From positions 301,134,001 to 301,198,000 of the forward strand of contig OZ024741.1 in the NCBI GenBank assembly GCA_964016885.1: DNA of 64,000 nucleotides. The letters are read 5' to 3'. The translations under genes were made by a program, and so were the position numbers. This DNA is from Eledone cirrhosa (lineage: Eukaryota). Positions 1 to 12,115 of the stretch are shown one piece after another (positions within the stretch are counted from its first letter, which is position 1; each line of letters starts with the position of its first letter). The notes under the pieces were generated by a model. The model worked only from the letters and a program-made list of their open reading frames with translations, was not told the origin of the DNA and made no database searches.

Positions 1-2252
1 ACTCACTCTACAATTGCACTTCCGGGTGTTATTGGTTGGCTCAAGTGGTGATGCATTACACGTAGGATTGCTATTAGATAAGGACTGTTCTGGTGGTAAT
101 GCATTGCCAGATCTGTTCAGACTAGTAGTATGTAGAGAGGAGAATCCATCCCTAATTTTCCTATTGTTAGTGCTAGCTAAATGAGAACTAATATTAGGGG
201 TGGTAGAGAATGAAAGTTTAATAACATTTTTATTAAAAATACTATGGTATTTATGAGAAGGGGGGAAATTTTTCTCTAAGATAGAGAAGAAAGACCTAGG
301 GATATTAGTTGATACTTCCTGGTTATATGGCGGGCTAAAATAAGTATTTAATCGCCTTCTATTTTTATTCTTACCGACTCTACCATTATCAAATATCCCA
401 CCATCGAGACTAGGGTTACTGCAAGGATTAGTTAAAGCCGCATTCATAGAATCAGCCAAAATTTCATTAAGTCTATTACAGTTTCTACCTCCAGTAGATC
501 TGCTGCTGTCCGGAATCCCATCATAAGGATTAGGGCCAATGATAGGATCAGTAGGAGCAACATTATTAGAATAAGATCCAGCAAAATTATCACCAATGTG
601 TGAGCGCTCAGGGGGTTCAACTTGTTTCCTAGAGGTATTATATTCACTATTACGAGTCCGGTGGGTTAACTTATGGATGGGTTCAGATACACCTATATAA
701 TTTTTACGGTTACTATGTTTGCTACTCCCATTCATGGCCATGTTATGTGATATTATGTTATTATTATTAAAAGTAGACGGAGACTTTCTAAGGTTACTAT
801 TATTATAGTGTATTTTACTAGAGTAACCTGAATTTGCTAGGGCATTATTATAGTACTCCGCATGTTCATTGAATGTTCCTACGTCCTTAGAGAGTGTGGA
901 AATCCTATTAGATAACCCTTAATTATAGAGCTTATCATAGACTTGGGGTGGTTAGAATTGGGACTAACATAAGAAAGTATTTCATTAGGCTTATGGAAGG
1001 GTTTAAAACTATTAGTGACCAAGTCCAAAGTCACATCTAAAAAGTTAACCGCTCTATCATTTCTATCTATCGTGATCGAAAGGTTATAGCTTTTAAAAAA
1101 ACTTATAAAGCTTCTTCTTATTATGTTCTACAGTGTTGGTGCTAGAGTTAATTACAAACAATGCATCATCACGATATAGTCCGCCTATAAGGTGCGGGAA
1201 GGTAGCATATAGTTCATTAAGGAGGAACAACCCAACAAGATCAGTAACCTGGGCCGAATCACTCGAACCCATTGTAACGTCGAAATTATTGGGCGTGTTT
1301 TTACGGGTCCAAAATGTGTCCTCAAATTTAATAATAGTTTTACGGGCTGCTAGTATAATATCTACCTGTGATCGTGTAAGGCTGGACACTCTCATGGCCA
1401 ACATTAAAGCTTTATTGAGGAGGATGGGTGAAATTAATGTGTAGTAGGCATCAATATCGAATTGGATAAACTTATTAGATTCAAGTCTATTAATCCCGGA
1501 GAACCAATTTATAACTTCCTTAGTGTTCCCCATAGGTTAAAATTAACCTTATCCCTAACATCTGGTATAATAAGGTCAAGGAATTTTTTACTGAAAATGG
1601 CTATATCAGACTTAGAAGGACAGATGAGTCTAACAGAGGGGTTACTAATAAAATCAACCTTATGATCCTTAAGAATGAATCTCGGTTCTCGAGGGTAATA
1701 TGGCTGGGTATACTTATCGAGGCCGAGGTCAGAGACAATTCTAAGGCCCTCACTATTGATGTGGTTCAAATTCTCAAGCGTAGTTTTTTTATAGTTTCTA
1801 TGCAGCTCCTTATAAATAAAGTCGCGGTAAGCACTATAATCCATGGAGTATAGATTCTTAGTCTTATCTGCCGGGACAAGAATGGACTTATTCTCACCGA
1901 AACCCTTAACAATATTTTTAAGTCTAGACTGGAACTTATCAAAATTATTATAATTTCTATGTCTATTATTTGGCCTATACCTAATATTTTTGACAAGAGA
2001 GAGTAAGTCACTTTCAAAATTATCTAACAGAATATTGTGTGGTGGGCTCCTATAAGTTTTGAAGCCGTAGTTATTAAAATTAGTTCTATTCCTGGGGTCC
2101 TTCCTATTCTTATTATTATCATAGTGGAAGGCACGCCATCTAATCCTTTTTACAAAGGAGTTAACACTAGCTATCAATAGTTTTTCGTAAGTATTCTTAG
2201 AGGGGGTGGGAAAATTCTTCAGAGATAAAGGCAGGTAACTCTTTGTTAGCAT
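1..2252 (-). mobile_element. Penelope-like retroelement ORF (Naiad-like), frameshifted RT plus linker; GIY-YIG lies beyond the window start
   Basis: Consecutive minus-strand frames: 1509-2252 (ILVPADKTKNLY, RLICPSKSDI) and 1093-1533 (FDIDAYY, MGSSDSAQVTDLVG, GLYRDD). These continue as NFLDVTLDL..PFHKPN..SNHP, YFSPPYN..FPPSHKYH and finally KCNCR at the window edge. Frameshifts near 1510-1530 and 1095. Clade assignment is from recalled motif style. Confidence 0.9.
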
Positions 2253-2665
2253 ACTGTCAGATATATATATATATAAAGGACAAAATACCAGTATATATGA
2301 GGAAGCTCAACCGATCGGGAGCAGTGTGTACGTGTGCGCACATATATACATATGCATATTGTACCTTTTGATTTTTATTGTAATTTTAATGTTGGTAAAG
2401 GTATATTATATTATATTATATTATATTACATTGTATTATATATAATTCCTGCTCTATATAACCACCTTTGTTTAGCTCTAGGTTTTTTTTGCTTTGGACT
2501 ATATTTGTAATATGGTTCTTAATGTTATATACATCCTTAGTAATTTTTATTATATATTTTTATTATTTTTATTATATATTTTTGCAATACTTTAGTGAAT
2601 GTACACTCCATATTCTTCGGAGCTTCCGGCTTGTATCTGCCGATATTACTTCTTGTTGTTTTTAA

Positions 2666-2707
2666 TTGCCCTGATGAGTCCTTAATAGGACGAAACATTG
2701 TCGGCTA
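2666..2707 (+). ncRNA. Minimal type I hammerhead ribozyme in the 5' flank of the PLE, antisense to its ORF
   Basis: gcc CTGATGA gtcct-taat-aggac GAAAC att GTC ggc, followed by AATAAA. The core is fully canonical. Confidence 0.88.
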
Positions 2708-3207
2708 ATAAAGACTTTTGATGTATTGAAGGCTTTTTTGTTTTACTCTCTTAATTTTTCGGCTCTGTTTAACTACATTGAGCTATACCTTTTACTGTCA
2801 TTTCTATAATACGAAGAGGGTGTTTAACTCCAACACGCTCCAGTATTTTAACGCTTATATATATCTATATATATATATACGTACATCTGTGCGCTTATGT
2901 TAGTAGATATATTAAATTATCTATATTTATCTCCAAATCACTGATTTGTCGAGCAAACCTGCCAAAACGACTTCTAAATTTGTTGGGGGGTGTTAGTAGG
3001 CGTCTGTCATCTTACCATCCCATTCCTACTGACTAGCCTCTGTGTCACGTGATTGATTCTTTAGAATCGGCCATATGACCAGTGGCAGTGAGAATTTTCA
3101 GTACCTGGAATCCAGTCCTCGATAGCTGTTCCATTTACCGAATTATTATTATTTTTATATGAGTCCCCAGTGTCCGCGCATTGCCTGGAGACTTGGCTGA
3201 GAATGAT

Positions 3208-3287
3208 CTCCCTGATGACGCAATGAAATTCTCAACAGTTCATTACGTAACTGTCTTTATCCCATTGCAGAAACTAATTAGTTGGAG
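3208..3287 (+). ncRNA. Type I hammerhead with extended stem II
   Basis: ctcc CTGATGA c gcaatg..~37 nt..cattgc a GAAAC taatta GTT ggag. Stem III is the palindrome AACTAATTAGTT. Confidence 0.75.
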
Positions 3288-3350
3288 TGAAAATATAAGT
3301 AAGTAAGTTAATTTTTAAAAAAGATTTTTTTTTAATTTTCTTATTTTACG

Positions 3351-3450
<100 letters not shown>

Positions 3451-3636
3451 ATAATAATAAATTTGAAAACTAAAATCCAAAGAGGGCTCGATATATATAT
3501 ATTTCGTTTCTGAATTTGTTTAGCAAGATTCTTTATCTGAAAACGTGTGTTGAAACCGATATTGTTATACTTTGGGAGTGAAAGCATGGGGTTCGTGTGT
3601 TTCTTATTGGCAATATGACCCGCCCAAAGTATAACA

Positions 3637-3687
<51 letters not shown>

Positions 3688-3692
<5 letters not shown>

Positions 3693-5174
3693 GTTTGAAT
3701 TTGTAAAGCCAAAACAATGCAGATATGGACATAGAATAAAAAATGCAAAAGCAAAAGATATTGTTGACAATTAGTCTTTTACCTTAGATTTATTTAAATG
3801 TCCTTAATTTTCGGGATAATATCTCTTCTTCGGAGGGAAGTAAAGTGGTTAAACCAGTGTTCTAAATAGCTTTGCCATGTCATGCTGACAGGAAATGGTA
3901 TAGAGTATCTGTTCTATCTCTAATGTCAAAGAGTTAAGGTTAGGGTTTAAAAGGGCTTTTTTTTGTACATGTCTGTTTAAATGTGTGGGAGAATGCGTGA
4001 ATGTGTAAGTATGTGTGTGTGTGTGAGTGTGAGAAGATATGTTTATATGTAAATGTGGGGGGGGGTAGATGTTCTCTCGTGTTAGGACTGGTCTTTGTGT
4101 GTGTATGTGAGAGAGAATAAGTGGAGGTGTAAGCGTGTGTGGGTGTGTGCGTGTGTGTGGGCGGAGGGGTGTAAGTATGGGGCTAGATGCTCTATCAAGT
4201 TATAAATTGGGTGTTGAGTTCTAGTTTATTATTGATTGGTGGTTGTGTTTTGTCTATAATTAGTGCTTCCTTAATTCTAAGATTGCCGAGGTTTGTTTCC
4301 TTAGTTTCTATCCTAACTGTTATGGTTATGTCGGTGTTTTTGCATTTCACTAGGTGTTTCTTAAATCAGGAAGCGTTAATATTGAGGTGTTATGTTATCC
4401 TTATGTGGAGTGGTCTGGTGGTGCTACCTACGTAGAAGTTGCTGCATTTGTCGCACTCTAGTCTGTATACAACGTAAGCCTGGTGGCATAGGTCTGTATC
4501 GTTGATGGGGCAGTTGGATAGCCTGCAGTGGTTGTCATGTCTGGTGGAGTGTCTTTTGGTTAGCTGTCCGCGTAGAGAAGGTCCTGAGTGGGCCAGTTAG
4601 ATATCTAGTCCCTCTCGTCTGAGAGCTCTGCGGATGGCTGTTGTTGTTTCGTAACTGAGTGTGGGAGCTTCAGGGAGCAAGTGTTGGTGCCTCGGGTGTG
4701 GTGTCCTCTGATCTTTCTGGCACGGTTTGTGGTGGATCTCGTGTATCCGTTCAGTTTGAGTACTTCCAGGAAATGTGTGGTGTGTGTGTCTCGGTCTCTA
4801 GCGTCGGTGTATTTGTTCCGGATACGTGTTAGTTCGTTCCTTATGTATCCGAACTTAGCGCCGGCTGGGAGGGCCGATCTGAAATGTACGAACAGGTCTC
4901 TGCTGGCGGCTTTTTTATAGAAGCAGGTGTGGATGTTGCCTTCCTCTGTTACCCTGAGTTGGAAGTCCAGTAGGGATAGGTATCCGCGGTCATCGGGGTG
5001 TTCCATGCTGAACTTTATACTGGCGTCCGAAGAAGAGATATTATCTCGAAAATTAAGGACATTTAAATCAATTTAAGATAAAAGACTAATTGTCAACAAT
5101 ATCTTTTGCATTTGCATTTTTTACTCTATGTCCATACCTGCATTGTTTTGGGTTTACAAATTCAAACGTTTATA
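3688..5174 (-). mobile_element. 5'-truncated Penelope-like element (RT thumb + GIY-YIG) with inverted pLTRs
   Basis: ORF 4605-5006 reads LSLLDF..FYKK..HFRSALP. Downstream minus-strand sequence reads VVYRLECDKCSNFYVGSTTRPL..EALII..PPIN. A ~147-bp inverted repeat spans 3688-3834 and 5026-5174. Confidence 0.9.
3802..3836 (-). ncRNA. Variant minimal hammerhead in pLTR (inverted copy at 5027-5058)
   Basis: cct CCGAAGA a gagata-t-tatc(c/t)c GAAA a TTA agg. U4C core variant with a very short stem III. Confidence 0.55.
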
Positions 5175-5362
5175 CCTCATTACACAATGCTTCAAGTGAA
5201 CTATAACTTCCTCCTATATATATATATATACACTATATTTCGGTACATTTGATATATATGCTATTCTTTGTTGATAGTCATTTTCTCTGATCCATCTGTA
5301 AACGTCACAATTTATTTCGTAATGATTTCTTGCCTACATACATATAAACGGACACAAACACC

Positions 5363-5402
<40 letters not shown>

Positions 5403-5459
5403 AACACAGACGCACCCACTCGCGCATACACGCATATATGCACATATATAAATCATTCA

Positions 5460-5541
5460 TACATACATACAGACATACAAAAATACATGTATACATACTT
5501 AATACATACGTACTTACATGCATACATACATAGATACGTAC

Positions 5542-5572
<31 letters not shown>

Positions 5573-5620
5573 CATACATACATACATACATACATACATA
5601 CATACATAAAGACATACATA
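5460..5620. repeat. (TACA)n microsatellite
   Basis: Direct reading. Confidence 0.95.
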
Positions 5621-6154
5621 AAGATGTAATAGCTTATAAAACATTCAAGAAGTTTGCATGAATTGTTTTCTCTCATAAATAAACCGCTTAAAAATTCGAT
5701 GCCAAAAAATATTGAAATGGAAGTAAAACAGCACTGCAGTATCGTATATTGGTAAAAATATTAAATACATAGGAATCAAAATTTAAATATTTATGAAAGA
5801 AGACCGCAATCGGAAAGATAGTAATTATGCATGCCATGAATGCAAGGCAAATTACTCCAGCGATAAACATGTAAATTCATCAATTTGAAGCCTAAGACAG
5901 CTTTTTTTTTTTTTCTTGCTTTTGTCTTGTTTGTACTTTTGGGGGTGAGGAGTGAGGAATGATAAATGTAAGCAAAATACAATTAAGTGAAATTCCTTTA
6001 TATAAATTCAAATTCTTGGTCTTCTGAAAGTCACGGAAAGGGTTGTACTGGCGTGAATGAAAGGGACAAAAAGAAAGAAAAGGAAAAATAAGACGAGGGG
6101 ATGACAAAATTGTGTGTGAAAATGAGGAAGTGTGAAGGAACCCGATATTCACAC

Positions 6155-6156
<2 letters not shown>

Positions 6157-6246
<90 letters not shown>

Positions 6247-6341
6247 ACTCACTCTCTCTATCTCTCTCTTTTTCTCTCTCTCTCTATCTCTCTCTCTCTC
6301 TCTCTCACTAACTCTCTCTCTCTTTCTCTCAAACTCTCTCT
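6157..6341. repeat. (CT)n microsatellite
   Basis: Direct reading. Confidence 0.95.
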
Positions 6342-6350
6342 TTATATATA

Positions 6351-7512
6351 TACTAGCAGCAGTATCCAGCGTTGCCTGGTTAGGTAAAATAATATCTGCT
6401 TTGATGAAAAGGTGTTGATCTTAGCGACTGCTTCTCGATGACTCATCTATGCCCACACACAGGTCATGCGGGGAGGGTGTTGATCACCTCTATCACTGAG
6501 AAACGCGGGTGACTGACGGAGGGGGATGCTGGGTGGAGGAGGTAATGATCTCTAACACTAAGCCAAATTTCCTCACGCTACTTGATTGGAAACCGATGAA
6601 TTCTCAAATACACAACTAAAAGCTCAGACTACGTCAGTGGCCATCATTTTGCCTTTGACCATCTATAAGATGTGCAATGATAGGTTCTATCGTAGCATAA
6701 AAGTTGAACCAAATAAATTTATTTATGTGTGAGGTGAAGCTGAAGTTTTGAATTTGAACGAAATCGGTTGAAAAATGTGGGAGCTAATGATATGTCGCAG
6801 TCCCTGAAGAAAAAATGCAAAGTGTAATGCTACTATAAGATGTGCAATGATAGGTTCTATCGTAGTATAAAAGTTGAACCAAATACATTGATTTATGTGT
6901 GAGGTGGAGCCGAAGTTTCGAATTTAAACGAAATCGGTTGAAAAATGTGGGAGCTAGAGCGGAAAAGGCGGAAATTTGAGCGAAAAGGTGGTACTTTCGA
7001 ATATTTAATCGGCTGCCACGCTGATCCTGAAGAAAAAATCCAAAGTTGAAAGGCACATTAAGACGTGAAATAATCAGATCTAGCGTAGTGTAAAATTTGA
7101 ACAAAGTAGGTTGATTAATGTGGGAGCTAGAGCCGAAAGATTGGAAATTTGAGTCTAAAAGTGGTATTTTTGAATATTTAAGCGGCTGCCACGCCGTCCC
7201 TGGATAACAAATGCAAAATATAAAGCCATTACAAGATGTGCAATGATAGATTCTATTTTGCTTTATAATCTGAACGAAATCGGTGGCAAAATGTGGGAGC
7301 TAGAGCCAAAAATCTTATTTTTCGATACCTAAAAAAAGGCGTCTATTCACTCTCTCTCTCTCCCTCTCTCCCTCCCGCTATCCCCCTCTCGTAGTCTTCT
7401 CTTTCTTTCACTCTCACTCTCTCTCTCTACGTGTGCGCAAAAAACATTCGCACGCGCGCACGTGTTTCCACTGTCGAACAGACAGACAGAGAAATTGCTG
7501 GTTATATATTAT
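6351..7512. mobile_element. Non-autonomous Helitron/Helentron-like element with internal tandem subrepeats
   Basis: Starts actag..ccagcgttgcc and ends (gaca)n..tatatat. Internal ~170-180 bp repeats (aaatcggttgaaaaatgtgggagcta) run from 6660 to 7310. Confidence 0.55.
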
Positions 7513-7526
7513 AAGGAGATATACTA

Positions 7527-7643
7527 ATAATTGTTTTTACTTTTGGCACAAGGCCAGCAATTGCCCAGTACATTACTGGTACTTTATTATATCGACCCCG
7601 TAAGGGTGAAAGGCAAAGTTAACCACGGCGGGATTTGAACTCA
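7527..7643 (-). mobile_element. tRNA-derived SINE (Deu/Nin-domain type), 5' truncated
   Basis: Contains B box gagttcaaatccc and core ttaactttgcctttca..ggggtcgat..aaagtaccag. Further copies at about 22505, 27320, 27923, 28681, 30020, 40434, 48485, 50010-50492 (three), 52460, 52633 and 63553. Confidence 0.85.
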
Positions 7644-8530
7644 ATTGATATACAGATATACTAATATACAGATATACTAATAATTATTGAGTAGTAATGG
7701 GCGTTTTGCAATTGATCTGCTAATGGTTCGATCTGTATGGATATGGCCTAACTCTGGAATCGAAAGTCATAAAAAATTACATCAAATGTTTATCACATAA
7801 ATACTTTACTTTATTTTAGATTTAAAGTATCGATTGCAAACTGCCTATGTGGAGAAATCGTCTGGGTATATGTTTTGGAAACATAGTATTATATCGCCTA
7901 ACGCTTAGAACTGGAACCAATGGATGGAGGGTGTTGGTATGATATGAAGAATTGACCTGTTACAAGGCGATATAACTGGAGTGCACCATCCTTCCTATAG
8001 ACAATCCTACCTGTAAAGCTGCACCACAGCTAACCAACTTTTCTTTTCACGGACTCACGATTGCAAGCTTTCATGCTCTGCCTGTAGATCCTGTATTTGC
8101 ACTACTTGTGAATTGAAGTATCTATGCTATGTTTTTTTTATTTATTTTTTTTTGTTTTTTGATCATGCTGAGTAACACCCTCCTCATTTTTTGCTATCCT
8201 CTCTCAACCTCCTTATCATTTATTGCAACATTTATGTGATAACATTTTGATGTAATTTTTCATGACATTTTATGACATGATGTGCGTCATGTATTGTGTG
8301 TTTTTCTATATATCGCTGGCCTTGGAACCCCCCTACTTGTCCTTAATCCTTCTTCTGGTGACTGAGCTTGATGGAGCCTGCAACCTTTGATATATTTTTG
8401 TTTATAAGCTCTGATGACTCCTGCCATAGGGTATGGATGAAACACTGTTAGCAAATAAAAGAATGTATTTCTAAGCACTCTTTGGTTATTCCTAAAATTA
8501 TATATATATATATATATATAACGAAGGAAA

Positions 8531-8684
8531 TGTGGTAAGGAACCAGGTGGACCAAAACGCACCAAAGTACTCAATACTTGAGGTAGTACAGTGGGTAATA
8601 GGAACCAGTAAGACCCCGACAGCTGAGCTCAAGCCGTTTCGACGGCTAATTCTGGACTGAGTCCAGAATTAGCCGTCGAAACGG

Positions 8685-8685
<1 letters not shown>
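8531..8685. repeat. Repeat ending in a perfect hairpin; inverted copy at 12114-12233
   Basis: gccgtttcgacggctaattctggact-g-agtccagaattagccgtcgaaacggc. 8531-8650 is the near-exact reverse complement of 12114-12233. Confidence 0.9.
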
Positions 8686-8745
<60 letters not shown>

Positions 8746-8919
8746 GTAATATTTATGTCTATATTTATATATGTTTGATATAACTATAAATATGTAGGGT
8801 AGTACTAAGTACTATCCGGTTACCGGTATGACAAAAGGCTCAATGAAAATGTCCAAGTGTTTTACAGAGCCGAGATACAGAGTGTTAAACAATCATATTT
8901 TAGTTTAGAACATTTATTA

Positions 8920-8964
8920 GCTGACAATTGTTTCTTCCAGAGGGAAGTCTGGTTTCATCGGAGC
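8920..8964 (-). ncRNA. Type I hammerhead, U4C variant
   Basis: gct CCGATGA aa ccaga-cttccc-tctgg aa GAAAC aatt GTC agc, then AATAAA. Stem III is the palindrome ACAATTGT. Confidence 0.72.
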
Positions 8965-9872
8965 ATAAGGAATGTCGAAAATGTGTAACTAGAATCCTAG
9001 TCATTTAGAACATTTAGGGTACATAGTTGTTATTAGTGTCAAAAGCATCATGTGGAGATTCAGGAGTTAAAAAGATGTTCCGCTTGAAATAACACAATTA
9101 CAGGCACCAGTGGTTAAATGTGTAATAGGTATAAGTAAAAGCAATACGCACAAACAAACATAATCACAAGCAAAAAAACACAAGGACAGAAGTCATAGGC
9201 AAGGACAATTGGTGTACAATGCAGGAGTCAATGCAGTCAATAATGCATGTATGACGAAAGAGTTATAATGCAGTTGAAATAAACATATTTGGTGTGGCGG
9301 GTGTTAAAGCATGTTATAATTATTATAAACATTTAAGATAGTGTGCAATTTGTTAGAGAGGCATGTGTTGATAATGTAGGTATTTTTTATGTAAGGTGTA
9401 ACGTAAAGCACTAGATAGAGTTCCCATGGTTAATAGCTGTGAGTAACAAACAACACATGCACATTAATACGAACTACATCACAAAAACAATTAAATGATA
9501 ATCACATACCGAACTCTATCTAGTGCTTTACACACACACACTCACTGGCTCATATACATTCCAACAAATACGCGCCCAATCACCACCGTGTACACGTACA
9601 TCCACAAAGAAGATACACGCACGCATGTATATCTCTGTCCTTATCCCAATGTGATATACTCGCAGTCATATAAATCTGCACAAAAGGTCATACAGGGTCA
9701 TCCATGGAAGGATGCATCCTGTTATACATGCAGAAATATAAACCATGTAACCATACACATATGACCATACACATACATGCAGCATACATACACACATATA
9801 AATAAATAAATAAGCAAATAGAAAAATAGAAGAAAAAAAAATAATAATAAATAAAATTAAAAAATAAGTATA

Positions 9873-9924
<52 letters not shown>

Positions 9925-9995
9925 CATATACATAACACACATATACATATACACACACCCACACATACCCATAACATACATACACATACAGTTAT

Positions 9996-10056
<61 letters not shown>

Positions 10057-10321
10057 AACGGAGAAAATGAAACGAAATTTCATTTCCCACACTTAGTACG
10101 GCTTTTACTTAAATATAAGTATGTACACGTACATACATATATGTATACAGACGTACAGTAGTGTGTATATATATATACATACATGCACACATATATATAT
10201 GTAAGTATGGATTCACCGAACATTTATTATAATGGTCGGTGTGTTTGTAAACAAACATCCCGTATTAAGCCGTAGTGTCTAGCAACCATCGTTGCTCGTT
10301 TGTTCAACACTGACAAAGGAA

Positions 10322-10363
10322 TGCTGTCCTAGTTTCAAGCTTATTAGCTATCGTCAGCAACGT
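10322..10363 (-). ncRNA. Hammerhead copy 1 (cleavage triplet mutated GTA>GGA)
   Basis: acgttg CTGACGA tagct-aata-agctt GAAAC ta GGA cagc. Confidence 0.75.
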
Positions 10364-10743
10364 ATACCTTCCTGCCAGATGATTGAACGTCTGAAAGTAT
10401 ATACTTTCCTTATGCATATTAACAGCTGAGCAGCCTAATTTGCATATCGAGTGGGTTAATCGGGCGGGTGCACCGAATACGCTAAACGGATAAAATGAAA
10501 CGAAATTTGATTTCCCACTATTAGTACGGCTGTTACTTAAATATAAGTATATATATGTACATACATATATGTATACAGACGTACAGTAGTATGTATATAT
10601 ATATACATACATGCACTCATACATATATGTACGTATCACCGAACATTTATTATAATGCTCGGTGTGTTTGTAAACAAACATCCCGTATTAAGCCGTAGTG
10701 TCTAGCAACCATCATTGCTCGTTTGTTCAACACTCACAAAGGA

Positions 10744-10786
10744 ACGCTGTACTAGTTTCAAGCTTATTAGCTATCGTCAACAACGT
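10744..10786 (-). ncRNA. Hammerhead copy 2 (C3U core change)
   Basis: acgttg TTGACGA tagct-aata-agctt GAAAC ta GTA cagcgt. Confidence 0.75.
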
Positions 10787-11119
10787 ATACCTTCCTGCCA
10801 GATGATTGAACGTCTGAAAGTATATACTTTCCTTATGCATATTAACGGCTGAGCAGCCTAATTTGCATATGAGTGGAATAATCGGAATAAAACTACTGTA
10901 CGTCTGTATACATATATGTATGTACGTATACATACTTATATTTAAGTAACAGCCGTACTAATAGTGGGAAATGAAATTTCGTTTCATTTTTTCCGTTTAT
11001 CGTTTTCGGTGCACCCGTCCGATTAAACCACTCGATATGCAAATTAGGCTGCTCAGCCGTTAATATGCATAAGGAAAGTATATACTTTCAGACGTTCAAT
11101 CATCTGGCAGGAAGGTATC

Positions 11120-11161
11120 CGTGGCTGACGATAGCTAATAAGCTTGAAACTAGTACAGCGT
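11120..11161 (+). ncRNA. Hammerhead copy 3 (intact core)
   Basis: cgtgg CTGACGA tagct-aata-agctt GAAAC ta GTA cagcg. Stem III is the palindrome ACTAGT; one stem I mismatch. Confidence 0.8.
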
Positions 11162-11368
11162 TCCTTTGTCAGTGTTGAACAAACGAGCAACGATGGTTGC
11201 TAGACACTACGGCTTAATACGGGATGTTTCTTTACAAACACACCGAGCATTATAATAAATGTTCGGTGAATCCATACGTACATATATATATATATATGTG
11301 TGTGCATGTATGTATATATATACATACTACTGTACGTCTGTATACATATATGTATGTACGTATACATA

Positions 11369-11410
<42 letters not shown>

Positions 11411-11858
11411 TACATACACATCTGTGAGTATATCACATTGAGGTAAGGACAGAGATATATACATGCGTGCGTGTATCTTCTTTGTGGATGTCCGTGGACA
11501 CGGTGGTAATTGGGCGCGTATTTGTTGGAATGTATATGAGCCAGTGTGTGTGGGTGTATGTGTGTGTATGTGCACCTACATAGGGCAGGGTTTGTTTGTA
11601 TGTTTATGTGCGTGTACATATACATATGTGTAGATATATATACATGTCTATATGTATGTGTGTATGTGTGTTTGTGTCTTTGGAAGTGTGTCGGACGGAG
11701 AGTAGCTCATGACGAGTGTGGCAGCAAATATTGACCAGAATTTATGATGACGTAGAAAAACAACAGCCAATGGCAAGACAAGAGTGGGAGATGTTTTTTG
11801 AAAGTGTTTTTTGAAGCTACCACCCCAGTGAGAAAATTTGCTCCGAAAGCATTGCATG

Positions 11859-11944
11859 TGTCCGAAGAACCCGCAGTTATAGAATCAGGCTGATCCATAC
11901 AATGATCATGTCTCGAGCTATCTGCCGGCGAAACAGTTGTAACA
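11859..11944 (+). ncRNA. Type I hammerhead with extended stem II, U4C variant
   Basis: tgt CCGAAGA accc gcag..~45 nt..ctgc cggc GAAAC agtt GTA aca, then AATAAA. Confidence 0.68.
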
Positions 11945-12070
11945 AGCAATAAACTGAGTCTAGATGCATCACTGATTTTTCGTTTTTTTATATTATATCA
12001 CACTCTGCTCTGTAAGAACATAGAGTGCTCAACTGGCATACCACCTATGGAAGCACCATAGCTACCATTA

Positions 12071-12115
<45 letters not shown>

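Larger units (their letters stand above)
10056..11375. mobile_element. Tandem plus inverted ~425-bp non-coding units, each with a hammerhead (retrozyme-/pLTR-like)
   Basis: Units start at ~10056 and ~10483. The inverted copy 10893-11375 has ~48 bp of terminal redundancy. One HHR per unit. Confidence 0.85.

Noticed and set aside
6660-7310. Regular repeats as a CRISPR-like array
   Set aside because: Eukaryotic context; these are degenerate tandem subrepeats without unique spacers.
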